Assembly (NCBI GenBank): GCA_963799395.1
Contig: CAWCWZ010000051.1
Location: 6,595 to 70,594 of the forward strand
From: an uncultured Actinomycetes bacterium
GTDB taxonomy: Bacteria; Actinomycetota; Thermoleophilia; UBA2241
Direction of reading: 5' to 3'
DNA length: 64,000 nucleotides
Below, in pieces: positions 38,495 through 48,622 of this stretch (the stretch's first letter is position 1; each line of letters opens with the position of its first letter). The notes beneath the pieces were generated by a model. That model was not told the origin of the DNA, ran no database searches, and saw nothing but the letters and a program-made list of their open reading frames with translations. Position numbers and translations under genes: made by a program.

Positions 38495-39336
38495 ACCCAG
38501 ACGACCGTCTCGGCGCCGCGGCGGGCCCTGTTCAGGCCGGCCGCGAGCAGCTCGAGGAGGTCGGTCGCGACCATGTCGACCACGTCGAGGTGAGTCGCGG
38601 CGAAGCGAAAGGCGACCTTGTCTTCCGACGAGCACTGGCCGGCCAGCCCGTGGCGCAGCCGCTCGAGCACGGCCTGCACGCCGTGCCGGCTTACATGGGG
38701 CAGGACGGCCACGAACTCGACGTCGCCGAGGCGTCCGACCGTGTCGTAGCGGCGCACGTCGGCGGCGATCAACCGGGCGGAGCAGCGCAGAAGATCGTCG
38801 AGATCGGCCGGCGCGCCGCGGCGAGCGCCGTCGCGGGCCACGATGGCGGCGGCAAAGGCACCGAGCCCCACCTCGGTGCGCCGGCAGCGCTCGAGCTCGA
38901 CCGCAAGGCGGCGGCCGACTTCGGCGGCGTTGATGAGGCCGGTCACCGGGTCGGTCGGCGCCAGGGCGGCGACTGTCTGGCTGAGCTGGCCGACCGTGTC
39001 TTCGAGGCCCTCGGCAAAGCCGACGCCGGCGCGCAGCAGGGCCTCGCCTTCGAGGCGCCCGAGGCGCTCGGCGACGAGCGCCTCGTCGGGCGAGGCTCCC
39101 GACAGCGCGCCGCGAAACGCTCCGAGTCCGAGCTGGAGCCCGATGAAGACGTCGGCCATGCGCAGGCAGCGTTCGGCAGCGAACAGCCGGGCACGGCCTT
39201 CGACGGCCGTGAGGAAGCTTGCGGGGTCGTCGCTGACGAGAGCGTCGACCAGGTCGTCGACGAGCGGCACGAACACGGAGTCGTACGGACTATCGAGCGT
39301 CACCGCCTGGGCGGCTGCTATCACTGTCGATTGCAT
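38491..39336 (-). CDS. GGDEF-domain protein with degenerate active site (GDVEF)
   Basis: DPVTGLINAAEVGRRLAVELERCRR...DLDDLLRCSARLIAADVRRYDTVGRLGDVEFVAVLP. Start at MQSTVIAAAQ. Confidence 0.65.
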   Translation of the reverse strand: MQSTVIAAAQAVTLDSPYDSVFVPLVDDLVDALVSDDPASFLTAVEGRARLFAAERCLRMADVFIGLQLGLGAFRGALSGASPDEALVAERLGRLEGEALLRAGVGFAEGLEDTVGQLSQTVAALAPTDPVTGLINAAEVGRRLAVELERCRRTEVGLGAFAAAIVARDGARRGAPADLDDLLRCSARLIAADVRRYDTVGRLGDVEFVAVLPHVSRHGVQAVLERLRHGLAGQCSSEDKVAFRFAATHLDVVDMVATDLLELLAAGLNRARRGAETVVWV

Positions 39337-39421
39337 GAACGCCCACTCTCCACCGAATGCCGGTACGGGGTAGCATATAACCGATGACCGCCTTGCGATA
39401 CGAGCAAAAGGACCGACCACA

Positions 39422-40222
39422 GTGCGCCTGACACTGCTCGGCACCCAGGGCTGGATCCCCACGCCAGAGCGCGAGACGACCTGCGTGGCGATCGCCGACG
39501 GCCCTCTGCTGCTGATCTTCGACGCGGGCACCGGCCTCGGCAGGCTGCTGCGTCCGCCGGCGTCGGAGCTCCTGGCCAACGCCCACGAGATCCATCTGTT
39601 CCTCACCCACTACCATCTCGACCACGTGTGCGGCCTCGCCTACCTGCCGGCCATCTTCGCGGGCCGCACGCTGATGGTCCACGTGCCCGACGCCGCGCTA
39701 AGCGGCGTCGACCCGCAGCGCGGCGTGCCCGAGCTCATCCGCAAGCCCTACAACCCGCGCGCCTGGCACGAGCAGCCGGGTCTCGTGCTCGAGACGCTGC
39801 ACCAGGGCGTCAACGAGGTCGCCGGCCACGAGCTGCGGCTGCGGGCCCAGTGTCACCCCGACACGACCGTGGCCTACCGACTCGACGACCACTTCGTCAT
39901 GGCGACCGACACGGTGGCCGACCCCGAGACCGCGGTCTTCGCCCGCGGCGCCGAGGTGCTGCTGCACGAATCCTGGATCGACGGCGTCGAAGAAGCCGAC
40001 CCCGACGCCGAAGACCTGGTGCGCACGACCTACCTCGCCCACAGCTCGGCCCGCCAGGCCGCCGCCCTGGCGGCGCAGGCCGGGGTCGGCGAGCTCATCC
40101 TCATCCATCTGAACCCGCTGCGCGACAACGGCTACTACGCCCGGATGCAGGCCTCGGCGCGCGAGATCTTCGCGGCGACCTCCATCTACCCCGACCTCCA
40201 CGAGCGTGCTCTCGGGAGCTGA
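39422..40222 (+). CDS. MBL-fold metallo-hydrolase (RNase Z/BN-like)
   Basis: VRLTLLGTQGWIPTPERETTCVAIADGPLLLIFDAGTG...HLFLTHYHLDHVCGL. Intact. Confidence 0.8.
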   Translation: MRLTLLGTQGWIPTPERETTCVAIADGPLLLIFDAGTGLGRLLRPPASELLANAHEIHLFLTHYHLDHVCGLAYLPAIFAGRTLMVHVPDAALSGVDPQRGVPELIRKPYNPRAWHEQPGLVLETLHQGVNEVAGHELRLRAQCHPDTTVAYRLDDHFVMATDTVADPETAVFARGAEVLLHESWIDGVEEADPDAEDLVRTTYLAHSSARQAAALAAQAGVGELILIHLNPLRDNGYYARMQASAREIFAATSIYPDLHERALGS

Positions 40223-40249
40223 GGCCGGCCCGATGGCCCCGGCCGGCTC

Positions 40250-40867
40250 ATGATCGCCTTGTCTTCCGTCGGACCCGACGGCTCCCAGCCGAGCCCCGCG
40301 CCCCTGTTCAGGAACCGCAACAAGCGCTTCTGGATCATCCTCATCCTGGTCGTCGTGATCCTCGTGTTCTACCTGCCCTCGCTCGTGGCCTTCCGCTACA
40401 CGGCCGCGGCCCAGAACACCGGCTTTCTCACGCACCCGTGGCGCAGCTGGTCGTTCATTATCACGGCGCTCACCGTGCCCGGCGACTCGCGGCTGAAGAC
40501 GTCGGGCATCGCCCTGCGCCACGCCGACGGCTACTTTCGCGGCTCGGCGATCGACCCCCACGAGGTGCGTCTGCTGTTCCTGCCCGAGGGCAAGCCCTAC
40601 ACGTTCACGCACCCGCTCGGCCACCGCACCGTGACGACGACGATCACGCCGCCCTACCGCTTCGTCTGGCAGGTCAGCGGCCACATCGACGGCGTGAGCG
40701 GCCCCGACACGGTCGTCGCGCTGCTCGACTACCGCACCGGCAGGGTGCTCTACGACGTGCGCACCGACCTGCCGCAGGGCACTCCGGCGACTGAGCCCAC
40801 GGACTCGCCGTCGGCCGCGCCCTCGCCCGCGGCCACGACCACCCCGACGCCCGGCGCGACCCCCTGA
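40250..40867 (+). CDS. hypothetical single-pass membrane protein with Pro/Thr-rich C-terminus
   Basis: TM FWIILILVVVILVFYLPSLVAF followed by a globular domain. No recognisable family. Confidence 0.5.
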   Translation: MIALSSVGPDGSQPSPAPLFRNRNKRFWIILILVVVILVFYLPSLVAFRYTAAAQNTGFLTHPWRSWSFIITALTVPGDSRLKTSGIALRHADGYFRGSAIDPHEVRLLFLPEGKPYTFTHPLGHRTVTTTITPPYRFVWQVSGHIDGVSGPDTVVALLDYRTGRVLYDVRTDLPQGTPATEPTDSPSAAPSPAATTTPTPGATP

Positions 40868-40875
40868 GCGCGACC

Positions 40876-41700
40876 GTGCCCCTTCTCGCCGTCAGCGCCA
40901 CCACGAGCGGCGTCATCACCGCCGCCGTCATCCTGCTACTCACGGTCGCCGTGGCCGAGGTCGTCGACCGCCTCATGCGGCGCCACGGCGGCGGCCTCTC
41001 GCGCGCCATCTCGCGCAAGCTCCCGGCCGCCGACGAGACCCGCCTGCGCATGGCGCGGCGGCTCGTCGTGGCGGCCATCGTCATCGTCGGAGTGGCGGCG
41101 GCCCTCGTGAAGCTGCCCGGGGTCAGCACGTTCGCCCGCGGCCTCCTGGCCTCGGCCGGTATCACGGCCGTGATCGTCGGCTTCGCCGCGCGCTCCGTCC
41201 TGGCCAACCTCGTCTCGGGCGTCCTCGTCGCCCTGGCCCAGCCGGTGCGTATCGGCGACTACGTGGCCATCGACGAGTGGCAGGGGACGGTCGAGGAGGT
41301 GCGTCTGACCTACTCGTACATCCGCGGCGACGACAACAGCCGCATCGTCATCCCCAACGAGCAGCTCGGCAGCAAGGTCATCCGCAACTTCACGATCGTC
41401 GACGAGGCGAGCGCGGCGGCGGTCGACTTCGTCGTGCCCGCCGCCGCCGCGCTCGCCGACGTGCGCCGTGAGGCGCTCGCGACGGCCGCGGCGTTCAGCC
41501 GCGGCCGTTCCCCCGAGCGCCATCCGACTCTCGCCGTGACCGAGCTCGCCGCTGACACGGTCCGCCTGCGTCTCACCGTCTGGCAGGAATCCAAGCCCGA
41601 CGCCGACCGCGCCGCCGCCGGCCTGCGGTTCGCACTGGAGGAGCGGCTCAAGGCGGCCGGTCTGGGGCCCGGCGCCGACGCCCCGCCGGCGACTCCGTGA
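40876..41700 (+). CDS. small-conductance mechanosensitive channel (MscS family)
   Basis: TM3 plus beta-domain pattern (SVLANLVSGVLVALAQPVRIGDYVAIDEWQGTVEEVRLTYSYIRGDDNSRIVIPNEQL). Confidence 0.8.
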   Translation: MPLLAVSATTSGVITAAVILLLTVAVAEVVDRLMRRHGGGLSRAISRKLPAADETRLRMARRLVVAAIVIVGVAAALVKLPGVSTFARGLLASAGITAVIVGFAARSVLANLVSGVLVALAQPVRIGDYVAIDEWQGTVEEVRLTYSYIRGDDNSRIVIPNEQLGSKVIRNFTIVDEASAAAVDFVVPAAAALADVRREALATAAAFSRGRSPERHPTLAVTELAADTVRLRLTVWQESKPDADRAAAGLRFALEERLKAAGLGPGADAPPATP

Positions 41701-41863
41701 GATACTAGGCAGCGCCCACACGGTCGACGCCTGACCTACGAGGAAGCGCACGGACCCCATCCCGAACATCGTCGCCGACGAGGCTCTCGAGCCGGAGCCC
41801 GGGACCACGGACCTCGCAGCCGAGCCCGCCGCCGTCGCGGCGCCGAGCTACCTGCGGCGCACC

Positions 41864-43048
41864 ATGGTCATGGCGGTCGTCTCGCGGCTGCTCATCGGCC
41901 TGACGGCGGCCCTCGCGACCTGGGTGATCGGCGTCAAGCCGGCGCAGTGGGCCTGGCGCCTGCCGCGCCTGGCCGAGCCCTTCCACGGCACGCTCGCCCA
42001 CCTCTTCAACCCGTGGGCCGTCTGGGACGGCGTCTGGTTCATCAAGATTGCCGCCGACGGTTACGCGGGCAACGACGGCACGGTGGCCTTCTTCCCGCTC
42101 TACCCGTTGATGGTGCGCTGGGTGAGCATCGTCTTCGACAACAACCTGGTGATCGCCGGCATCGTCGTGTCGCTCGCCTGCTACTTCGCCGCGATGTACT
42201 TCCTCTACCGCCTGGTGGCGGCCCGGTACGGCGGCAAGGTCGCCTACCGCACGTGCCTGTACCTGTCGATCTTCCCGACCGCCTTCTTCTGGCAGGCCGT
42301 CTACAGCGAATCGATGTTCCTCATGCTCTCGGCCGCCTGCATCCTCTGGTCGACCGAGGGCCGCTGGAAGCTCGCCGGCCTCGCCGGCCTGGCGGCCGCC
42401 CTCACGCGCAGCGCCGGATTCCTGCTGATCGTGCCGATGGCGCTCTGCTACTACGAGCAGCGCGACTGGGAGCTGCGTCGCACCGACGCCTCGGTCGCGT
42501 CGCTCCTGATGATCCCCGAGGGCCTCATGGTCTGGATGGCCTACCTCAGCCTCAGCTTCGGCAAGCCGCTGCTGTTCGCCCAGGTCCAGGACCAGTGGCG
42601 CCGCTACCTCGCGGTGCCGACGTACGCGCTCTGGGAGGGAGTCGCGGCGGGCTTCCAGGGCGCCCGCCAGCTCATCTCGGGCCAGACGAGCCGTCTCTAC
42701 TGGCCGGCGACCCACCCCGGGGAGGTGGTGCCGCTGGCGGTGGCCAACCTCGTCAACCTGACGGCGCTCGTCATCGCCGGCCTCGCCCTCTGCTACGGCC
42801 TGCGGCGCCTGCCGCTGGCGCTGTCCGCCTACGCCCTCGTCACGATCGGCTACCCGCTGCTGTTCCCGGCCGCCTCGACGCCGCTCCTGTCGATGCCGCG
42901 CTTCGTGCTCGTCGCCTTCCCGATCTTCATGAGCATGGCGCTGTTCACCGACCGCCGTCCGCGGGCGCACCTCATCATCTGCACCCTGTCGATCGTGCTC
43001 TGCGTCGTTCTCACGGCCAAGTTCGCGATCTTTAGCTGGGTCGCCTGA
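41864..43048 (+). CDS. polyprenol-phosphate-mannose-dependent mannosyltransferase-like GT-C membrane protein (PIG-V/GT87-like)
   Basis: Intact 394-aa multi-TM protein. VWDGVWFIKIAADGYAG...AFFPLYPLMVRW resembles PIG-V/DUF2029-type mannosyltransferases. Confidence 0.6.
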   Translation: MVMAVVSRLLIGLTAALATWVIGVKPAQWAWRLPRLAEPFHGTLAHLFNPWAVWDGVWFIKIAADGYAGNDGTVAFFPLYPLMVRWVSIVFDNNLVIAGIVVSLACYFAAMYFLYRLVAARYGGKVAYRTCLYLSIFPTAFFWQAVYSESMFLMLSAACILWSTEGRWKLAGLAGLAAALTRSAGFLLIVPMALCYYEQRDWELRRTDASVASLLMIPEGLMVWMAYLSLSFGKPLLFAQVQDQWRRYLAVPTYALWEGVAAGFQGARQLISGQTSRLYWPATHPGEVVPLAVANLVNLTALVIAGLALCYGLRRLPLALSAYALVTIGYPLLFPAASTPLLSMPRFVLVAFPIFMSMALFTDRRPRAHLIICTLSIVLCVVLTAKFAIFSWVA

Positions 43049-43079
43049 ACCACCCGCCTCGGGGAGCTTGGGGCGCTGC

Positions 43080-44756
43080 CTAGAAGATCTGCGACAGCGC
43101 CGCCCGCAGAGTGGGTTGCACGCGCAGCACGTAGCGTCCGGGCCGCCCGGCCCGTAGCAGCGTCCAGTCACCGGGCGCGCGCGCCAGGCTGCCCGCCGCG
43201 GCCGCCGGCCCGGGTGCCGCGACGAGGCGCCAGTACGGTGTCCAGGTGAACTTGACGATGTAGGCGCCGGGCCGGGCGACGGCGATGGCGATCGTGTCGT
43301 GGCCGACCGCGGTCACGGCGGCGCCCTGGGCGGCGGGCGGGAGCGTCGAACCGACGCTCCCGCCCGCCGTCACCACGAGCGGCGACGGCGCACGCAGTCG
43401 GTAGACCGTCCATGAGCTTGATTGAAAGACGCGTACGAAGGCCGGCGAGCGCCTGATCAGGGCCGGCTCGCCGACGCTGCTGATATCGTGCGCCGCGCGC
43501 GGCACGAACACGTCGCTCACGCCGAGGTCGCGCAGCCAGGCGATGTACTGCGCCCGGGTGGGTGACTGATAGAGGATGGCGTTGTGCTGCCAGTCGCTCT
43601 GGCGAAACCAGCCGCGGGTGATGGGCAGCCCCGCCCGCGGAAAGTAGTAGGACTCCCAGTGCAACCGCAGGGCGACGACGTGGTAGCGAAAGTCGGCACG
43701 GTAGTCGCGGCGCGCGAACGACAGGACCGGCGCGAAGAACGCCGCCTTGGTCTGGGCGGCGTCGCCGGGACGCAGCAGGTCGGAGACGGGCGTCGCGAGC
43801 TGGACGGCGGCGACGGCCGCCAGCAGGGCCGCCGTCGCCGCCCGCGGCAGCCGCACCCGACGCACCATGAGCAGCGCCGGCAGGCCGAACAGCGCGAGGA
43901 ACCGGCCGGCGTTGTTGCCGAGCTCCGTCGGCACGACGATGGCCGCCAGGCACAAGGCCCCCGCCAGCGCGAAGAGGATCTGTTTGGCGCGCCGCTCGGG
44001 ATCGTCCGAGAGCCGGGCGAGCACGACGCCGACGGCGGCGACCGCCGTCCACTTGAGGAGCTCGGTGGGCTGCGCCAGGTACGAGGCGCGGCCGCGAAAG
44101 GCGAGCTGCAGGCCCAGCCAGGCGACGACGAACGGAGACAGTGCCGCGGCGAACAGCAGGACGCGACGCCGCACCGGCCGCCAGGCGAGCGCCTCGGCCG
44201 CCACGAACACGGCGCCGACCACCACGGCAATGGGGTTGGTGAAGGCGGCCACGCCGACGGGCAGCGCCGCCCACACCGGGTGGTCGTGGGCGAGCAGAGC
44301 GAGGCCGGCCATGGTCAACGCCATGGCGAGCAGGAACGGGTCCTGGCCGTTCATCAGGTAGAAGACGACGACCACGGCCAGCGCCACCGCGGGCAGCAGG
44401 CTCGTCACCCGCCAGGCGCGACGCACGTAGAGATGAAACAGGAGCGGCAGCAGACCGGCGGACAGCACGACGATGGGCACCGCGCCGACCAGACGCGCGA
44501 GCTCGTAGTAGACGACGCCGTAGCCGACGATGCCGTACGACCCGGCATACCAGAGATCGTCCCAGACGAGCGACTGCCCCTGGGCCACGAGGCTGGTCTT
44601 GTAGGCGTGGGCGGCGGCGTCGCTCCCGGTCAGCCCGACGAGGTGCATGACGACGAGCGCCGCGACGACCGCCACGACGGGCGCCACGGCGAGCGCCAGG
44701 AGCCGCCGGTCGACCCTGAGCCGAGCCCGCGCCACTGGTCCGCTCGCCTCGACCAT
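43080..44756 (-). CDS. large polytopic membrane protein with ~250-aa C-terminal extracytoplasmic domain (GT-C-like glycosyltransferase candidate)
   Basis: Starts at MVEASGPVARARL 14 nt after the DUF2079 stop. Many TMs, then a soluble domain (YFPRAGLPITRGWFRQSDWQHNAILYQSP...). Family not assignable by eye. Confidence 0.5.
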   Translation of the reverse strand: MVEASGPVARARLRVDRRLLALAVAPVVAVVAALVVMHLVGLTGSDAAAHAYKTSLVAQGQSLVWDDLWYAGSYGIVGYGVVYYELARLVGAVPIVVLSAGLLPLLFHLYVRRAWRVTSLLPAVALAVVVVFYLMNGQDPFLLAMALTMAGLALLAHDHPVWAALPVGVAAFTNPIAVVVGAVFVAAEALAWRPVRRRVLLFAAALSPFVVAWLGLQLAFRGRASYLAQPTELLKWTAVAAVGVVLARLSDDPERRAKQILFALAGALCLAAIVVPTELGNNAGRFLALFGLPALLMVRRVRLPRAATAALLAAVAAVQLATPVSDLLRPGDAAQTKAAFFAPVLSFARRDYRADFRYHVVALRLHWESYYFPRAGLPITRGWFRQSDWQHNAILYQSPTRAQYIAWLRDLGVSDVFVPRAAHDISSVGEPALIRRSPAFVRVFQSSSWTVYRLRAPSPLVVTAGGSVGSTLPPAAQGAAVTAVGHDTIAIAVARPGAYIVKFTWTPYWRLVAAPGPAAAAGSLARAPGDWTLLRAGRPGRYVLRVQPTLRAALSQIF

Positions 44757-44770
44757 GCGTCGTCGCGCGG

Positions 44771-46418
44771 CTACGGCGCGGCCGGGGTCGCCGTGGGGCT
44801 CGCCGCCGGGCTCGGCGTGAGGAACGGCACCCCCGTCTTGCCCGCCGGCGCCGGGCTGCCGACCCGCTTGAACACGTACACCCCGTCGCGGGCGAAGACC
44901 GACTGGTAGTTCTGGTTGAGCACGAGCTGGCCGAGGGCTTCGGAGTGGCCCACCTGGTCGCGGTGGTCGTAGACGAACGGGTTCGTCTGGTCGACGATCA
45001 CCCACTGCGCGTTGTCGATGTAGGGGAACGAGTAGACGACGCGCCGTGCCGAAAGGTGCGATCCGGCGTCGTTCTCGGTGCTCACGGTCGCGCCCGCGGG
45101 GATCATCCTGATGGCCATGTCGAGCACCTTGGCGTGCCCCGTCACGGCATAGTCGCGCCCCGAGTAGTGGGCCCCCGGCAGCGAGAAGGGCAGCGGCCCC
45201 AGCACGAAGTTGGCGAGCACCGCCGCGCCCAGCACGGCGCGTCGCCAGGGTGGCCACCGACACGCGCGGCGAGCGCACCGCCGAGCGCCGCGTGCGGCGG
45301 CCGCCGCGCGAGAGCCAGTCGCGGGCGCGGGCGATCCCGAGCACCGCGCCGGCGAACAGGAACGGCACTTCGCCGGCCACGTAGTGGAACTCATACGAGC
45401 GCTGATAGCCGTTGCTGGCGAGCGCGTTCAGCAGGTACTCGGGGGCGGCGATCAGGGTGGTCAAGGGGCTCAGCAGAGAGCTGAACCCCAGCGGCCACAG
45501 GAGCTGCAGCCAGTAGTGCAGGTCGGACCAGGCGAACAGGTGCCCCAGGGTGACCCCCGGCTTGAGGACGAGGTTCACGCCGATGCCGCTGACGCTCGAG
45601 CCCAGGTCGGCGTAGCGGCTCAGGAACGGGCTGCCGCCGGAGTGGTAGTGGGGCAGCACGACCTTGACGGCCACGAGGAAGTACGCGGTGGCGACCGCCG
45701 TGAGGATGAGGGGCCGGAGGCTGCGCTGGCGCAGCGCGAAGTAGGCGCCCATGACGGCGATGACGGCCGGGATCTCCTCTTTGCAGAGGGCGGCCAGCAC
45801 GAGAAACGGCGCCGCGCGCCACCAGTGTCCCTCGTCGATGAACACGAAGGCGAAGAGCAGGAAGGGGATGGCCAGGGTCACCGGGTGGAACTCGTTCAGC
45901 ACCGCGTACTGGAGCGGCGGGTAGAGCAACAGGGCCAGCGAGAGGAAGAAGGCCGCGCGGGCGTCGCCCAGGATACGCAGACCCAGCCGGTAGGCGGGCC
46001 AGGCGGCCAGGGCCACGATCGCCGCCTGGGCGACGAGCAGCATCATGGGGCTCGGCCAGAGGCGCCAGGGGATGGCGAACACGGCCAGGATGGGGTCGAC
46101 GTGCGAGCCCAGACGCGACGTCTGCTTGCCGTCGGCCGTGGTGATCTCCAGGAAGTGCCCGTGGGCCGTGTTGTAGACCGCCTGCACCATGTTGCCCATG
46201 TCGAAGCGGCCGCCGTAGTAGTTCCGGTAGCGCTGGATCGAGAGGATGCTGAGGATCGCCGCCGCCACGACCATGGCGACGATCAGGTAGATGAAGTAGC
46301 GGCGCGCGAGGTCGGTCGGCGTCGCGACCGGCGCCGGCGCGGCGGCCGGCCCGGCCGCCGCGGGCCGCGCGGCGGTCTTCTGGGGACGCTTGCCGGTCGT
46401 GGTGCGTCGCGCGCTCAT
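44771..46418 (-). CDS. DUF2079-family membrane protein; apparent frameshift near 45300
   Basis: N-terminal and TM part (RYRNYYGGRFDMGNMVQAVYNTAHGHFLEITT...HVDPILAVFAIPWRLWPSP...) is in the frame of ORF 43080..46523. C-terminal periplasmic domain (FSLPGAHYSGRDYAVTGHAKVLDMAIRMIPAGATVSTENDAGSHLSARRVVYSFPYIDNAQWVIVD) is in ORF 44771..45394. Confidence 0.6.
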
Positions 46419-46437
46419 GGCGCGGTCTGTTCCCGAG

Positions 46438-47460
46438 TCATCCGTCGTCTCCGTCCCGGCGCGGCGCGCGCAGAGGCCGCGCGTGCTCGCTCGTCCCCGT
46501 CTCGATGGCGGCCGCACGCCCACGCGCGCGGCGCTGCAGACGATCGACGAGGGCGGCGACGGCCACGAAGCTCAGTTCCAGTGCAGTCTGCCACAGTCTG
46601 GCGAGCAATGCCCAGGCCAGCGCCACGCCGCCGCCGGCGAACACGCCGGCCGTGGCGGCCGCCAGGACGGCCTCGCGCACGCCGATGCCGCTGGGCACGA
46701 AGAACACGACCATGCCGGCCACGAACGCCATCGCAAAGCCCGCGGTGATCTCGGGGAAGGCGGCGGCGGTCACGTTCGTGACCGCCGCCGCGAACGTCCA
46801 CATGGCGAGGCCGATCACGACCCAGAGGCCGGTGAAGGCGGCGAGCAGGCCGAGCACCATGCGAAACGACAGGACCTGGGTGAGCGGCGGCCGGCGCAGC
46901 GCCCGCAGCAGCACCGCCGAGAGCGGCGCGAACACCCGCGGGTGCAGCGCGACCACGATCAGCGGGATGGCGAGCAGGGACCAGGCCGTCACCTCGCGTT
47001 CATAGTGCCAGAAGGGAAACAGCGCCGCCGTGATCACGAGCGCCCCGGCGACGCTCAGGACCTGCTCGTAGACCATGCCGGCGCTCACCCGATCGACGTC
47101 GAGACCCTGGCGGTGGCTCATCCAGCCGCGGCTCACGAACATGAACACGTTGCCGGGCAGGTAGCGGGCGATGATCGACTTGGCCCAGGTGGCGACCGTG
47201 CTGGTCGGCGCCGGCCGCAGCCCCGAGCCGCGCAGGATCGTCCACCACACCAGGGCGTTCAGCAGGTAGAACGTCAGAACGAGGACTGCCGAGACGACGA
47301 GCAGACCGGGCCGCAGCCGCCAGGGGTAGGCGTGGACGGACGGCCAGGCGTGACGCAGATAGCGTCCGAGAAAGACGACCACGGCCGCGATGAAGACGGC
47401 CTGCACCACGCGGAAGGTCGTCGACGAGCCCCGGCGGCCGGCCCGCTGGTCGTCGCTCAC
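46438..47460 (-). CDS. flippase-like membrane protein (lysyl-phosphatidylglycerol synthase TM-region family)
   Basis: GTG start overlaps the upstream GT stop (GTGA). Eight TMs with IARYLPGNVFMFVSRGWMSHRQGLDVDRVSAGMVYEQVLSVAG... pattern. Confidence 0.6.
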   Translation of the reverse strand: MSDDQRAGRRGSSTTFRVVQAVFIAAVVVFLGRYLRHAWPSVHAYPWRLRPGLLVVSAVLVLTFYLLNALVWWTILRGSGLRPAPTSTVATWAKSIIARYLPGNVFMFVSRGWMSHRQGLDVDRVSAGMVYEQVLSVAGALVITAALFPFWHYEREVTAWSLLAIPLIVVALHPRVFAPLSAVLLRALRRPPLTQVLSFRMVLGLLAAFTGLWVVIGLAMWTFAAAVTNVTAAAFPEITAGFAMAFVAGMVVFFVPSGIGVREAVLAAATAGVFAGGGVALAWALLARLWQTALELSFVAVAALVDRLQRRARGRAAAIETGTSEHARPLRAPRRDGDDG

Positions 47461-48582
47461 AGGCACGCCTCGAGCGCCGCCAGCAAGGTCGCCGCCACCG
47501 CCTCGGGAGTGCAGCGCCGCCGGTACAGCTCGAGCGCCGCGACGCCCAGGCGAGCGCGCTCGCCGCGGTCGCCCAGGCGGCGCAGGGCCGCGGCCAGCGC
47601 CGGCCCGTCGCCGGGCGGCACGAGCAGCGCGTCGTCGCCGTCGTGGAGCAGCTCGCGGGCGGCCGGCGAGTCTTCGGTCACCAGCGGCCGCCCGGCGGCG
47701 AGCGCGTCGTAGACCTTGTTGGGCACCACCCGCGCCGCCTTGTCGGAGGTGCCGAACACGCCGAGGCAGATGTCGCTCGGCGACGATCCGCGAACGCAGC
47801 CGCCACGCGGGCAGGGCCTCCGAGAGATCGACGGTGTCGAGACGCAGACGGCGGACCTCGTCGGCCAGGTGCGAGGCGAGCTGCCCGTCGCCGATCAGCT
47901 CGAACCGGAACGGCTCGTCGCGCAGCTCGACGGCCGCCTCGAGCACCGTGGCGAGGCCGTGGAGAGGGCTCCAGCGCCCGTACTGCACGACTCGCAACGG
48001 CTCTCCCGCGGCCGGCTCGCGAGCGGCGCCGCTCGCGCCGGGCAGCGGCAGGGCGCCCACCGGCACGACGGCGAGCTTCGCGGGCGGCACACCGAGGACG
48101 ACCGCGTAGTAGTCGGCGTGCGCCTGGGTGTCGGCCAGCACCACGTCGGGCAGCCCGAACGACACCCTGTCGATGAGGTTGGCGGCGTAGCCCGCGGGGC
48201 TGTCGCCGGCCAGCAGCTCGCGGTCGCCGGCGAAGGTGTCGAACAGCGACACGAGCGGATCGAAGACCAGCGCCGCCTGCCGGTAGCGGGCCACGGTCCA
48301 GGCGAAGGGCACCAGAAGGTGGCCGGGGTAGCCGACGACGACCACGTCGAACGAGACGCCGCGACGGTGCCTGACGAGCAGCGAAAGGTGGGCGCGGACG
48401 AGCTCGCCGGCCAGCCTGGCCGCGCCCGCGGCGGTGGTCATCTGGGCCGCCGTGAGCGACGAGTCGAGCGGCGCCGCGTACTCGAGCACCTCGGCGCCGG
48501 CGGCGCGCAGCCCGTCGATCAGGACCCGATTGCGCGCGTACGCGGGGTCGTACGTACCGAGATAGGCGATCCGCAGGCTCAT
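47457..48582 (-). CDS. GT-B fold glycosyltransferase (GT4/GT1-like); apparent frameshift near 47780
   Basis: N-terminal domain (MSLRIAYLGTYDPAYARNRVLIDGLRAAGAEVLEY...) is in the frame of ORF 46438..48582. C-terminal domain (VVPNKVYDALAAGRPLVTEDSPAARELLHDGDDALLVPPGDGPALAAAL) is in ORF 47457..47759. Confidence 0.7.
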
Positions 48583-48622
48583 CGACCCGGGCGACCGCGA
48601 ACCCGACGGCGGTCGGCGGCCG

